A stretch of 59,786 nt of DNA, filler included. It is 5 parts of 5 records of this genome, joined end to end, with 100 filler letters (N's around TTAATTAATTAA, not from the genome) between each part and the next. Parts side by side here need not be neighbours in the genome. Positions count along the whole stretch, not along the records: positions 25,560 to 38,929 come from SRR31156797_3802; positions 39,030 to 48,005 come from SRR31156797_3808; 3 more parts are not named here. One strand, given 5' to 3'. The translations under genes were made by a program, and so were the position numbers. The notes below the pieces were generated by a model. That model was given only the letters and a program-made list of their open reading frames with translations, searched no databases and was not told the DNA's origin. Shown here piece by piece: positions 29,104-39,760 of the stretch. How positions within the stretch are numbered: the stretch's first letter is position 1; each line of letters begins with the position of its first letter.

Positions 29104-30303
29104 GTGGAGCATCGTTTATTCATTTTCAACCCTACCAGTGAAATGGCCATAGCCAATGGTGAAGTTGCATGGCAACCAAACCGCACACTGCAGCAATTTG
29201 AAAAAGACCTGGAAATGCTTCCTTTTATATTCGCTAAGAATCATGATTTCATTGTTGTTGATGAATTGCCTTCGGATGAATTTAAAAAGGAACTTCAAAA
29301 AATCAAAAGTATAGCTCCAACCTTCATTAGAAAATCTCAAATAAAAGAAGATCCTATTTTACATTCATTAAAAAACTTATCCTTGCAACCCTGGGGATGG
29401 AGTCCGGCAGCGCATCACACGCTTAAGAATATCAAAGAATTTACAAGCTGTATTTTTCAGAACAGCCTAAATTTTAATTGGTCAAACACTCAAAAAGAAA
29501 TTGTAAGTCGAAAATTTTCAACATCATTACTTCAATCTATTACAACTAACAACCCTGAAAAGCCCTATTTACCAGTTGACTTACACCCAATTTCTACTGA
29601 TTCTATGGATAGAATAAGAGAATTAATGCAAAAATGGAATCAAATCGTATTAAAAGCACCATGGAGCTCATCAGGTCGCGGAGTACAAATGCTAAGATAT
29701 GCTGAGTTGAATAGATCCAACACACAGTGGATTTCAGGTATTATCAAACAACAAGGCTTCATTATGGTAGAACCGCTTTTGGAAAAAACAGAAGATTTCT
29801 CCCTTCAATTTTCCATTTCAAAAGCTGACATTCAGTTTTTAGGTATTGGAAAATTTAACACTAACAGTAATGGACAATACATCTCAAACATATTAAATCC
29901 TGATACATCATTTATCGAACAGATTATTCCGATAAAGGAACTTATTTCTCACATAAAAAATGCACTAGAAAAGAAAGGCATACAAAATAAATATGAAGGA
30001 TATGCAGGTATTGACTTAATGATAATCACAAATAATCAAAAAAAAATTATTCATCCATGTGTTGAGGTAAACTGGCGTTATAATATGGGATTATTGGCAC
30101 TGCAACTACAAAAGCTTATTCACCCTGAAGCAAAAGGAAAATTTGGCGTCTACTTTAATCCAAAACAAGCTTTTAAATTTTTTGCAACTGAGATGTACCG
30201 AAACCACCCTCAAAAATGCAAAGAAGGCTTACATTACAAAGGTTTTTATCCATTAAGCGACCCGGAAAAAGCAATTTCAGGAGCTTATTTTATTCTTGAA
30301 TAA
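29104..30303 (+). CDS. hypothetical protein, ATP-grasp-like
   Basis: PWGWS, VLKAPWSSSGRG, GYAGIDLM, PCVEVNWRYNMG. Confidence 0.65.
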   Translation: MEHRLFIFNPTSEMAIANGEVAWQPNRTLQQFEKDLEMLPFIFAKNHDFIVVDELPSDEFKKELQKIKSIAPTFIRKSQIKEDPILHSLKNLSLQPWGWSPAAHHTLKNIKEFTSCIFQNSLNFNWSNTQKEIVSRKFSTSLLQSITTNNPEKPYLPVDLHPISTDSMDRIRELMQKWNQIVLKAPWSSSGRGVQMLRYAELNRSNTQWISGIIKQQGFIMVEPLLEKTEDFSLQFSISKADIQFLGIGKFNTNSNGQYISNILNPDTSFIEQIIPIKELISHIKNALEKKGIQNKYEGYAGIDLMIITNNQKKIIHPCVEVNWRYNMGLLALQLQKLIHPEAKGKFGVYFNPKQAFKFFATEMYRNHPQKCKEGLHYKGFYPLSDPEKAISGAYFILE

Positions 30304-30400
30304 AAAAGTTGACTTCAAGTCCTTAAAAAACAGATAATTTACCTTACTTTTTTTTCAATTTTCCGTATAACAAAATGAACCTAAAAAATCATTCTGACAT

Positions 30401-31096
30401 ATGGATAATATTTTTATTAAGTACCTAAACGAACGTGTTCAAAAAGAGCAAGATCAGACCCAACAAGAGCCAGGTCCTGTAATCACAATATCCCGACAGT
30501 ATGGATGCTATGCAAGTGAAATTGCGAGATTACTTACAGATAAATTGAACGTTATTGCAAAAAAGCATAAATGCAGTTATCAGTGGCAATGGATTGCAAA
30601 AGAGATACTTGATAAAGCAGCTCATGAACTGGAAACTACCCCGGATAAAATTGCTCATATTTTTGCAGCAAGCGAACGCACATTTTTAGAAGATCTTGCT
30701 TTAGCCTTTTCAGTTAAAGAATATGCCAGAGACCCAAAAATCAAAAAACTCATCAGTAAAATTGTTAAAGAATATGCAGAACAGGGTCATGTTGTAATTG
30801 TTGGACGCGCAGGATGTGTTTTAACTAAACACATTAAAAAATCACTACATGTGAGATTAGTCGCCTCAGATGAATTTCGTATTAATCGCATCATGACAAG
30901 ATTTGAGTTAGACAAAAAAGCTGCCATTCAACGTATCAAAGAATTTGAAGCCAACCGAAAAACTTTCATGAATTTCTATAATGGGGATAAACCTGAAACA
31001 GAAATGTTTGATTTGATTTTAAATCGTAGTAAAATGACACCTGATGAAATAGCAAACTCTATTGCTCAATTGGCTGAAATGAGGAAATTATGTTAG
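30401..31096 (+). CDS. cytidylate kinase-like family protein
   Basis: VITISRQYGC, VVIVGRAG, LHVRLVA, FDLILN. Confidence 0.85.
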   Translation: MDNIFIKYLNERVQKEQDQTQQEPGPVITISRQYGCYASEIARLLTDKLNVIAKKHKCSYQWQWIAKEILDKAAHELETTPDKIAHIFAASERTFLEDLALAFSVKEYARDPKIKKLISKIVKEYAEQGHVVIVGRAGCVLTKHIKKSLHVRLVASDEFRINRIMTRFELDKKAAIQRIKEFEANRKTFMNFYNGDKPETEMFDLILNRSKMTPDEIANSIAQLAEMRKLC

Positions 31097-31146
31097 CAGA
31101 AATCATTAATAAATGTTAAAGCTCTGTAAATCCATAGCTTTAACAT

Positions 31147-32028
31147 TTATTCTTTTTTTAAAACCTCATAACTACTTAGCTGCACAGGTGACTTTAATGT
31201 TGGCAATACTTTCTCTAATAAAATACCTTCTTTTTCATCATAATCAAAACCAAAAGTAGACCTAACACCATGCGAAATAAAATGTACAGCTCGATCTAAA
31301 GACATTGGTAAATTATCGCCTTGTAAAATTGAGCCTAAAAGCACACTGGCAAATGTATCACCAGTTCCTGGGTATGCTGCTGGTAAGTAATCAACAGGAA
31401 CTTTCCAATAACGACCATCATTTTTATTAAATGCTATCACAGCTGTTTTACCTTCTTCATCATCTGGAACACTCGTAACCACAACAATTTCAGGTCCCAT
31501 TGCTGTCAGTTTATCAATGGCGTCTATGGTATCTTTTGTATTTTGAATCATCGTTGGATTACCTTCTAGCAATAGCCCAACTTCTGTTATGTTCGGAGTA
31601 ATAATATCTGCTTTACGCACCAATTTGCGCATTTCCTCAACCATTTCATCATTAAATGGACCGTACAATTTTCCATTATCGCCCAAAACCGGATCAACCA
31701 TAACAAGCGTATCTTCCCCGGATTTGAACTCATCGATAAATTCTATCATCATATCAATTTGTCTGGCAGAGCCTAGAAATCCGCTATAAATAGCATCAAA
31801 CGTTAAGGATAGTTCTTTCCAATGCTGCATAATGCCCGGAATATGGTCCGTTAAATCAACAAATCGATAATTTTTAAACTGACTATGTGTAGACAAAACT
31901 GCAGTGGGTATTGGACAAACCTGAAATCCCATTGAGCTTAGGACAGGCATTACAACTGTGAGTGAAGCTCTTCCAAAACCACTTAAATCGTGAATAGCTG
32001 CTACTCTTTGTACCGGATTTCTAACCAT
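31147..32028 (-). CDS. pdxK: pyridoxal/pyridoxamine kinase
   Basis: HDLSGFGRASL, SGFLGS, DPVLGDNG, TPNITE, GTGDTFAS. Confidence 0.9.
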   Translation of the reverse strand: MVRNPVQRVAAIHDLSGFGRASLTVVMPVLSSMGFQVCPIPTAVLSTHSQFKNYRFVDLTDHIPGIMQHWKELSLTFDAIYSGFLGSARQIDMMIEFIDEFKSGEDTLVMVDPVLGDNGKLYGPFNDEMVEEMRKLVRKADIITPNITEVGLLLEGNPTMIQNTKDTIDAIDKLTAMGPEIVVVTSVPDDEEGKTAVIAFNKNDGRYWKVPVDYLPAAYPGTGDTFASVLLGSILQGDNLPMSLDRAVHFISHGVRSTFGFDYDEKEGILLEKVLPTLKSPVQLSSYEVLKKE

Positions 32029-32158
32029 GACGTATATTTTATTATAAAATGACCGTTATAATTACAAAATTGCAGATTATTTAATAATAAATTATAACGT
32101 AAGCTACGAAATTTGTATATTTATCCACTTGATCAGTTATTCAAACAGTTGAAGACTT

Positions 32159-34015
32159 ATGGCAAATTTATGGTTCAAGAACCTTTTAGGTCAAATTCCG
32201 GCAACAGAAAAGATTGAAACTACTCGCAGTCAATTGATTGAAGAGCATAATCGTTTCAACCAAATCGCAGAATCCGACGAATTAGCAAAATACAATGAGC
32301 TCAAGGCTTACGTGGAATCTGACGAGTATCTTAACAAAAAGAAAGAAATTGAAGCAATCAAATTTTCTGGCAGCGAAGAAGAAAAATTACTGAACGAATT
32401 TAAAACCCTTCAGCAAGATAAAGCCATCAAAAGTTATTTTGCCACGCTTGAATCGGCTGAATTGAAAAGATTTGAGGATTTAAATGATGGGGATAAGGTT
32501 TCCAGCTTCAACGAAATGAAGGAAACTTTAGAAAGTGGTCAGATTGATCAAATTAAATCCCAAATGACCCAAGATCACAAAGAAGAGCTCGCTAAACCAA
32601 AAAAATTAAAAGCGCTTAAAAAACAGCCTGACATTAAAAAGTATCTAAAGTTACTTGATAGCGCTGAGTATAAAACATACCTTGAAATAGCAAATTCTGA
32701 TAAACCTTCAGAATTCGACAGCCTAAAAACAACAGTTGATTCATTTGATTACAGTCAAATAAATGACGAAAATAAAGAAGAATATACTGAGCAAATTGAA
32801 GCTAAAGAAAAACTTTCTGGCATAGAAAAAGACTCAGCATTTAAAACTTATTTGAAATTCAAAGAGTCTGGCAATGCTGATTTAATGGAGAAAGTTCCCG
32901 AATCAAATGATTTCAAAGAACAAGAAGCACTAGAAACATACCTAAGCTCCGAAGAATATCAGGAAAAGTTAAAGTCAACTGATTGGAAACAATCTGACTT
33001 GTTCAAATTGCAAAACGACTTTAAAGCACTAAAAAAAGACCCTGATATTAAGTTCTTTTTCAAATTTGAGAAATCAGCGGGTTATACAAATTACCTGGAA
33101 ATTAAGGACGGTGATAAACTTAACCGCTTTGAAGAATTAAAATCTCAAACGGAAGACCAAGAATTCATCAAGCAGGTTGAATACCTAAAAGATGACAAAA
33201 AATTCGAAAAAACTGAAGAATATAAACAGTTTGAAGCATTTACTGAAATTGAAAATAATGAAGATATCAAATGGTATCTATCAGTATTGAATGATGATAG
33301 ATTTAAACCTTTGTTAGAATGGGAAACTGTTTTTGAAGATGAATTTGATGACAAACTCAATGATGAAGTTTGGACACCAATGGTATTTTCAGGATTAATG
33401 TCAATCAATGAAAATTTCGTTACACAAGGTGAGAAGCAATTCTTTACTGACGGACAGAACCTACAAGTGAGCAACTCTGAGTTAAGTATCCAAATTAAAA
33501 ATGAAAATATTAAAGGAAAAGCCTGGAGTCCTAAAAGCGGATTTATGGAGCAAGAATTTGATATTACCTCAGGTACTTTAAACACAGCGAAAGCTTTTCG
33601 TTTTAATCAGGGGAAAATTGAGGCTAAAATCAACATTCAACAGGCGAACAGTATCGTTCACGGTCTAAGTTTAAAAGGCGAACAAATCACACCACATATT
33701 GATCTTATAAAAACAGGTAAAGGCAATGGGTATGAAGTAAGATATATTCCAAAAGACAACCCGAAAAACTTGTTTTCACACAAGGTAAAAGGAATCAATA
33801 TTAATGATAAATATTTCATCCATACATTAGAATGGACTGAAAAAGAATTGATTTGGTCATTGAATGGAATGGAAATAGCAAGAGAAGCACATCAGTTAAA
33901 TGGTGAGGAACTATATATTAATATGGCTTCAATTGTAGAAAAAGCCCCTGAAAGTTTACCTGCTGAGTTCAAAGTAGATTGGATTAAAGTATATAAAAAG
34001 CAGCAAGCTGTATAA
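32159..34015 (+). CDS. helical-repeat protein with C-terminal GH16-like domain
   Basis: K/E-rich repeats; WETVFEDEFD, SGTLNT..FNQGKIEAK, HTLEWT..LIWSLNG, FKVDWIKVY. Confidence 0.75.
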   Translation: MANLWFKNLLGQIPATEKIETTRSQLIEEHNRFNQIAESDELAKYNELKAYVESDEYLNKKKEIEAIKFSGSEEEKLLNEFKTLQQDKAIKSYFATLESAELKRFEDLNDGDKVSSFNEMKETLESGQIDQIKSQMTQDHKEELAKPKKLKALKKQPDIKKYLKLLDSAEYKTYLEIANSDKPSEFDSLKTTVDSFDYSQINDENKEEYTEQIEAKEKLSGIEKDSAFKTYLKFKESGNADLMEKVPESNDFKEQEALETYLSSEEYQEKLKSTDWKQSDLFKLQNDFKALKKDPDIKFFFKFEKSAGYTNYLEIKDGDKLNRFEELKSQTEDQEFIKQVEYLKDDKKFEKTEEYKQFEAFTEIENNEDIKWYLSVLNDDRFKPLLEWETVFEDEFDDKLNDEVWTPMVFSGLMSINENFVTQGEKQFFTDGQNLQVSNSELSIQIKNENIKGKAWSPKSGFMEQEFDITSGTLNTAKAFRFNQGKIEAKINIQQANSIVHGLSLKGEQITPHIDLIKTGKGNGYEVRYIPKDNPKNLFSHKVKGININDKYFIHTLEWTEKELIWSLNGMEIAREAHQLNGEELYINMASIVEKAPESLPAEFKVDWIKVYKKQQAV

Positions 34016-34041
34016 CTTTTATCTAGCAAAATTATCACATC

Positions 34042-34989
34042 ATGTCAAATCAATTGCGCATAGCTTTTATGGGCACACCTGACTTTGCAGTAGAGTCACT
34101 AAAAGCCTTACATAAAGAATTCAAAATAGTTGTAGTAGTAACCGCCCCAGATAAAAAAAGAGGTCGCGGCCAAATTGTAATACCTACTCCGGTTAAACAA
34201 TATGCTTATCAACAGGGATTGCCAATTTTACAACCTACAAACCTTAAAGATGAATCCTTTATCAGAGAATTAAAATCCTTTGAACCCGATATAAATGCAG
34301 TTGTAGCATTTAGAATGCTTCCCAAAGAAGTATTTGCATTGCCAAGATACGGATCAGTAAATCTACATGCGTCACTATTGCCAGATTACAGAGGAGCAGC
34401 ACCCATAAATCATGCTATAATTAATGGTGAGAAGCAAACAGGTGTTACAACATTTTTCTTAAAAGAAAAAATGGATACCGGAAACATCATCATGCAAAAA
34501 ACAATCAATATTTACCCTGATGACAATGTTGGCACATTGCATGATAAATTGAAAGAATCTGGAGCTGATTTATTGGTAAAAACCATGAAACAAATTGCTA
34601 CAGGTGATCTACAATCAAGGCCTCAAACAACAACTTGTAAAAAAGATGCACCTAAAATATTTAAAGAATTTTGTAAAATAGATTGGAATAAAAAAGGTAC
34701 AGAAATTCACAATTTTGTAAGAGGACTATCGCCCTACCCTGCAGCATGGGCAAGCTTCAAAAGAAACGACAAACCTTTTACTGCTAAAATATTCACAGGT
34801 AAATTTCATCGTGAAGCACCCATTAAACCAAAAGGCACTATTATAACTGAAAATGGCAAGCTTGAAATTGTCTTAGAAAAAGGTATTTACGAAATACTGG
34901 AAATTCAGCCTCAATCGAAAACGCGCATAACCGGGGAAGAATTTTTACGTGGACTTCAAAAAGATGACATTATTACGCTTGGAGATTAG
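34042..34989 (+). CDS. fmt: methionyl-tRNA formyltransferase
   Basis: FMGTPDFA, NLHASLLPDYRGAAPIN, RGLSPYPAA. Confidence 0.96.
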   Translation: MSNQLRIAFMGTPDFAVESLKALHKEFKIVVVVTAPDKKRGRGQIVIPTPVKQYAYQQGLPILQPTNLKDESFIRELKSFEPDINAVVAFRMLPKEVFALPRYGSVNLHASLLPDYRGAAPINHAIINGEKQTGVTTFFLKEKMDTGNIIMQKTINIYPDDNVGTLHDKLKESGADLLVKTMKQIATGDLQSRPQTTTCKKDAPKIFKEFCKIDWNKKGTEIHNFVRGLSPYPAAWASFKRNDKPFTAKIFTGKFHREAPIKPKGTIITENGKLEIVLEKGIYEILEIQPQSKTRITGEEFLRGLQKDDIITLGD

Positions 34990-35915
34990 TCTCTCTTTTT
35001 ACCTCTTAAGTATATTTTCTCTCCTGGATCTGGCTCAGCGCCGGGTTCAAGCTTATTGCGTTTATATAGCTTTATTAACCTTACGCCATATTTTTGTGAA
35101 ATAAACCACATCGTTTCACCCTCTTTTACTTCATGAATTTTCTGTCCTCTAGGAGCCTTATTTCTTTTGGGCTGGAGGTAAATAACCTGTCCTTCTTCGG
35201 GTTCAATACCATCGGGCACATCATTATATTTGCGCAGTTCCCAACGCATTTTATCAAACTCGGTAGTTAAGCTTTCAAAAGTATCTCCCTTTCGCGCAAC
35301 CGTATATTGCACCCGGTTGCGCTCCATAACAGGATGCGTTCCACTGCTGATGATAAGTTTATCACCGGTTGGTTTGTTTGTAATTTCAGTTTTTTCAGCA
35401 ATAACCGGAGTTATTCCAATATCCAGTTTGTGTAAATCATATCGCTCTATAATTTCTATGAGCTTATTGGCATATTTTTTATTCGTTGCATAACCAGCGC
35501 GCTGTAATCCTTTGGCCCAATTCTTATAATCCGTTGATTTTAGTTCAAAAAGTGATTGATACCTGCTCCCACTAGCTAAAAAATCACTATGATCAATATA
35601 AGAAGCTTCAGCACTGGAATATTTCCTGAAGCATTCATTTCTTTTATCATCATCATGTTTAATAGTTTCACCATCCCAATTTCCATGACATTTTATCCCA
35701 AAATGATTTTTGGCTTCAGTGGCTAAATAACTATTGCCACTTCCCGATTCTAAAATTCCTTGTGCCATTGTAATACTTGCAGGTATACCAGTGCGCTTCA
35801 TCTCGGAAACAGCCACATGACTATATATTTTTATATACTCCTCCGGTGTAATCTGAGCTAGTAGAACATTTGACAAGATTATAAAACTCGATATCAAAAA
35901 ATTGCGAATGATCAT
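34986..35915 (-). CDS. GH73 glucosaminidase with LysM domains
   Basis: GIPASITMAQGILESG, NHFGIKCH, AGYAT; C-terminal LysM repeats. Confidence 0.92.
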   Translation of the reverse strand: MIIRNFLISSFIILSNVLLAQITPEEYIKIYSHVAVSEMKRTGIPASITMAQGILESGSGNSYLATEAKNHFGIKCHGNWDGETIKHDDDKRNECFRKYSSAEASYIDHSDFLASGSRYQSLFELKSTDYKNWAKGLQRAGYATNKKYANKLIEIIERYDLHKLDIGITPVIAEKTEITNKPTGDKLIISSGTHPVMERNRVQYTVARKGDTFESLTTEFDKMRWELRKYNDVPDGIEPEEGQVIYLQPKRNKAPRGQKIHEVKEGETMWFISQKYGVRLIKLYKRNKLEPGAEPDPGEKIYLRGKKRD

Positions 35916-36051
35916 AATTCAATAGTTTTAATCACGAACTTAATTCTTTTTTATGATTGGTAACAAAAAAAAATGATTTTTTCTTGTAAAGCCTTATCAT
36001 TAGTGTATTTGAGATTTTTTTTGCATATTTGGTTTTCCAAACTTGTATATA

Positions 36052-36531
36052 ATGGAAAAATCAAAATTTCAATTTGAGTTTGAAGCTTACGACAATAAAG
36101 AAAAGCTTCCCGAAATAGATAAAAAGCTCATTAACAAAGCAATAGAAACAGCAAAAAAAGCATATGCCCCATATTCCTCCTTTAATGTTGGCGCTGCTGT
36201 ACTACTTGAAAATAATGAAATAATTGCCGGAAATAACCAGGAAAATGCAGCTTATCCAAGTGGTTTATGTGCTGAAAGAGTTGCGCTTTTTTATGCCAAT
36301 GCTAATTTCCCTGATCAAAAAGTTAAAGCAATTGCTATAGTTGCCATGAAGGATGGCGATCTAATTGATCATGTCGTAACACCTTGTGGTAATTGCAGAC
36401 AAGCAATGCTTGAAACTGAACTTCGCTTTAATTCACCAATACGAATTATTATGGGTGGGAAAAATGGATTATGGGTAGTTCCAAAAGCTCAATATATGTT
36501 ACCGTTGAGCTTTACCGGTGATTCTTTGTAG
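36052..36531 (+). CDS. cdd: cytidine deaminase
   Basis: AYAPYS, ENAAYPSGLCAER, PCGNCRQ. Confidence 0.95.
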   Translation: MEKSKFQFEFEAYDNKEKLPEIDKKLINKAIETAKKAYAPYSSFNVGAAVLLENNEIIAGNNQENAAYPSGLCAERVALFYANANFPDQKVKAIAIVAMKDGDLIDHVVTPCGNCRQAMLETELRFNSPIRIIMGGKNGLWVVPKAQYMLPLSFTGDSL

Positions 36532-36702
36532 AATTAGTCTAACAGGTGATTTTCTTGTAAACAAAAATCTGGTTGGCATTAGTCCTAAAAAGGCTATTGC
36601 CACCAATGCGATTAAACCATAAACTCCTATCAAATCGAATGCGAACTGAACAGCAGCAATTCCTAATAAACTTACGAAAAGAACTATATCGAATATCTTC
36701 AT
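36499..36702 (-). CDS. small two-TM membrane protein
   Basis: Two hydrophobic segments and basic tail; Bacteroidota TAnnTTTG box (TAGTTTTG) about 25 nt upstream; overlaps cdd 3' end. Confidence 0.5.
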   Translation of the reverse strand: MKIFDIVLFVSLLGIAAVQFAFDLIGVYGLIALVAIAFLGLMPTRFLFTRKSPVRLILQRITGKAQR

Positions 36703-36815
36703 GGTACCCCAAAATTTATTGTCGCAAAACTAATGAATTAACAGCCAAACAAAGTTAAAAAAAGAAAACCTGAATTTTAAATATTTATTAACAAAATATT
36801 TAAAAAAATTAAAAA

Positions 36816-38060
36816 TTATTTTGAATGGCTAAAATGAAATTCCACGCGACGGTTTAAAGCACGACCTTGCTCGGTACTATCAGTAGCAACTGGCTGAGTG
36901 CTTCCAAATCCATAACACTTCATCCGATTCCTCTCTACACCTTTATTAACCAGGAAATTAGCGATAGCCAGAGATCTTTTAAGTGAAAGATTTTCATTAT
37001 AGGAATCAGAACCAACGGCATCAGTATGTCCATTAATGTTTAAAATTACATTCTTTGTTTCCTCTAAAATTTTTGCTAAGCCAGAAAGAAATTGATTGTA
37101 TTCTTCGTTAATATCATGCTTGTTAAATTCAAAAGCAATATGAGACGTAACCACTAATGTGTCTTTTTCATATTTAACATCCACATATTCACCAAAATCA
37201 TGTAATATTTCTTCCATTTTAAATTCCACATCATGTATTGGTAATTTTTTAAAATTTGGGGCCTTAAATGACTCTTGCTCCAAAAATACTCCGGAATCAT
37301 ACAAATCATCACCCACATCTGCAATAACGATTTTGAGTTCATAGGATTCATATGGTTCAACCTTTGTAGCTGCTGTTAATACAGTTGTAAACCCGTCATA
37401 AGTGAACTCTTGTGATCGATATGCTTCCTCAGGGTTTTCCTGCATAGCATCATAATCATATCCTTTATAGATCTTATTAGGAATATAATACTCCTTATTT
37501 CGGCGTGCATTAATATTGTCAACTGTTACAGGACTCCCATCCGGCAGGTGAGCCAAATTTTCGTATAGCATTTCATCGGCTTTTCGAATAAAAAATGCAA
37601 ATACATCATTTACACCTTTATTGACATATTCAGGGTATTCTTCTGAGCCAAAAAAATAACGAAATTGAATGGAGTCGGTATATGGGATAAATTCAATTCT
37701 GAGCACAGCTGCATCATTTGTGCGGTTTTGTACCAACCGACTCAAATCACGATCACCGGGGTAGCCCAAAGGTAATCCTGAATTCCCTCGTCTATTGGGA
37801 GCGCTTACAGCATTGGCATATCCAGTTGTCAGTAGTATTCCTCTATCAATTTCGAAGCCTGGTGTATTATTTACAAAGTAAGCGATTGCATGACGTGATC
37901 CCCAGTAAGAAACATCAGTGATTTTCACACCACTATTAGGTTTTACCAGTTTTTCTTTCACTAATTGTTCTGGTGTCAATCTGTGCCTAACCCACAATTG
38001 CGAATACAAGTCATTGGAAATAAAAAAGATTAGAATTATTATGAAATATACAATTCTCAT
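36816..38060 (-). CDS. choice-of-anchor L domain protein with OmpA C-terminal domain
   Basis: GILLTTG, DAAVL, FGSEEYPEY..NDVFAF, YDGFT, IADVGD..YDSGVF; GHTDAVGS..LSLKRS..NRRVEF. Confidence 0.82.
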   Translation of the reverse strand: MRIVYFIIILIFFISNDLYSQLWVRHRLTPEQLVKEKLVKPNSGVKITDVSYWGSRHAIAYFVNNTPGFEIDRGILLTTGYANAVSAPNRRGNSGLPLGYPGDRDLSRLVQNRTNDAAVLRIEFIPYTDSIQFRYFFGSEEYPEYVNKGVNDVFAFFIRKADEMLYENLAHLPDGSPVTVDNINARRNKEYYIPNKIYKGYDYDAMQENPEEAYRSQEFTYDGFTTVLTAATKVEPYESYELKIVIADVGDDLYDSGVFLEQESFKAPNFKKLPIHDVEFKMEEILHDFGEYVDVKYEKDTLVVTSHIAFEFNKHDINEEYNQFLSGLAKILEETKNVILNINGHTDAVGSDSYNENLSLKRSLAIANFLVNKGVERNRMKCYGFGSTQPVATDSTEQGRALNRRVEFHFSHSK

Positions 38061-38740
38061 GCAAGTTGTTCAAATTCTTTCCATAGGTTATCCTCTAACG
38101 GTAAAGGTGCAGTAATTATTATTGGTTCCTTCTTTACCGGGTGAACAAACTCAAGACTTCTGGCGTGAAGATTTATTCCACCATTTTTATTTGAACGAGG
38201 AAATCCATATTTCAAATCACCACGAATAGGTGAACCCATATGAGCTAATTGGCACCTAATCTGATGATGCCGGCCTGTCTCCAAATTAACTTTAATCAGA
38301 TAAAAGCTTGTGGATCTTCCAATTACTTCATAATCCAACCTGGCTAACTTGGCATTATTTTTTTGTGTTTCTGCCACAAATGATTTGTTCTGCTTTTCAT
38401 CTTTGCGCAGGTAATTCTCTAAGGTTCCTTTAAGCTTTTCGGGTTTTTCCTTTACGATAGCCCAATATTCACGCTTTATTTCACGATTACGCAGTAATTC
38501 ATTCATACGTGATAATGCTTTGGAAGTTCGGGCAACCAGTACAACTCCGCTTACCGGTCTATCAATACGGTGAACAAGTCCTGTAAATACTTTCCCCGGT
38601 TTTTTATACTTTTTACGAATATAATCTTCAACTGCTCCCAAAATGGTCTCATCTCCTGTTTCATCACCCTGCACCAACATACCATTTGGCTTATTAACAG
38701 CAATTAAATGGTTATCTTCATATAATACTTCCAACTTCAT
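38057..38740 (-). CDS. RluA family pseudouridine synthase
   Basis: HRIDRPVSG, TGRHHQIR, GDLKYG, LHARSL. Confidence 0.93.
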   Translation of the reverse strand: MKLEVLYEDNHLIAVNKPNGMLVQGDETGDETILGAVEDYIRKKYKKPGKVFTGLVHRIDRPVSGVVLVARTSKALSRMNELLRNREIKREYWAIVKEKPEKLKGTLENYLRKDEKQNKSFVAETQKNNAKLARLDYEVIGRSTSFYLIKVNLETGRHHQIRCQLAHMGSPIRGDLKYGFPRSNKNGGINLHARSLEFVHPVKKEPIIITAPLPLEDNLWKEFEQLA

Positions 38741-38772
38741 TAATTCCTCCTATCCTTGAATAAAATTATCAA

Positions 38773-38929
38773 TTAATATTGTTCTTTTTCGTTAGGGAAA
38801 CGTTGTTCTTTTACATCACTGACATAAGCTTCTACTGATCCTGATATTTCAGCAAAAAGGTTGTGGTAACGGCGTAAAAATCGCGGTGAAAAATCTTGGG
38901 TAATTCCTAACATATCATGAATTACCAAA
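38773..38929 (-). CDS. panB: 3-methyl-2-oxobutanoate hydroxymethyltransferase, 3' fragment
   Basis: Manual translation LVIHDMLGITQDFSPRFLRRY...YVSDVKEQRFPNEKEQY*. Confidence 0.85.
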
Positions 38930-39029
38930 NNNNNNNNNNNNNNNNNNNNNNNNNNNNNNNNNNNNNNNNNNNNTTAATTAATTAANNNNNNNNNNNNNNN
39001 NNNNNNNNNNNNNNNNNNNNNNNNNNNNN
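38930..39029. other. artificial contig linker
   Basis: N-run with TTAATTAATTAA; sharp GC rise after it. Confidence 0.98.
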
Positions 39030-39495
39030 TGGTGATGATATTGATGACGCCGCCCATGGTGTTGGAGCCGTATAGAACCGATGAAGCGCCCTTGGTCACC
39101 TCGATCCTGGCAACGGAATCCACCGGGATCAGGTCCAGGTCCAGGGAGCCGAAATAGGATTCATGGGCAGGGACGCCGTCGATCAGCACCTTGACATCCA
39201 CCTGGTCAAAGCCCCTGAGCTTCAGGTTCGTGTTCTTGCCGGAGGCCTGAACGTCAATTCCCGGTATGAAGTCAAGGGCTTCGGCAACGGATTGCGCCCC
39301 CTGTTTTTTGATGTCCTCCACGGTGATGGTGTTGACCGTGGTGGCAAGGTCGATGTTGCCGCCCTTATCCTTTACGAGCACATCGCCAAGTTCAAAAACA
39401 GCCTCGGCCGCCTTGGGTTCCATGGCCGGAGACACGGTTGCCTGGCCCAGCATTCCCAGCAGCACAACAAAAGAAAACAGCATTCTTTTGTTCAT
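39030..39495 (-). CDS. TonB-dependent receptor, N-terminal plug (truncated)
   Basis: Signal peptide, LGDVLV TonB box, LRGF..VLIDGVP, RIEVTKGASSVLYGSNTMGGVINIIT. Confidence 0.92.
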
Positions 39496-39592
39496 ATGGT
39501 ACTCCTCTAAAAATTAAATTAGTTAGGGGGCTGATCTTATTTTCGCAGGATTCGCCCACCCGGTAAAAATTAAAAATCATCGGTATAATTCC

Positions 39593-39658
39593 TGGTAAGT
39601 ATTGTCAAGAAAAGTTTTATTTAGGTCTTTGTGCGGAGCATTAATGACCGATAATGAC
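39593..39658 (-). promoter_or_regulatory. TBDR promoter with upstream direct-repeat site
   Basis: Minus-strand TTGACAATACTTACC; TAATGAC-CGA-TAATGAC about 32 bp upstream. Confidence 0.55.
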
Positions 39659-39704
39659 TTTTGCTGACTTGTGGGGAACTGCGCTCGTGAATCGGGGTGG
39701 GGGA

Positions 39705-39737
39705 GTGAGACGGTCCCAGGATGCGGGGCCGTCTCGC
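39705..39737 (-). terminator. GC-rich hairpin after TBDR stop
   Basis: GTGAGACGGTCCC...GGGGCCGTCTCGC; no clear U-tract. Confidence 0.5.
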
Positions 39738-39760
39738 TTGGGTGGTGCGGTGTTCAGGAA

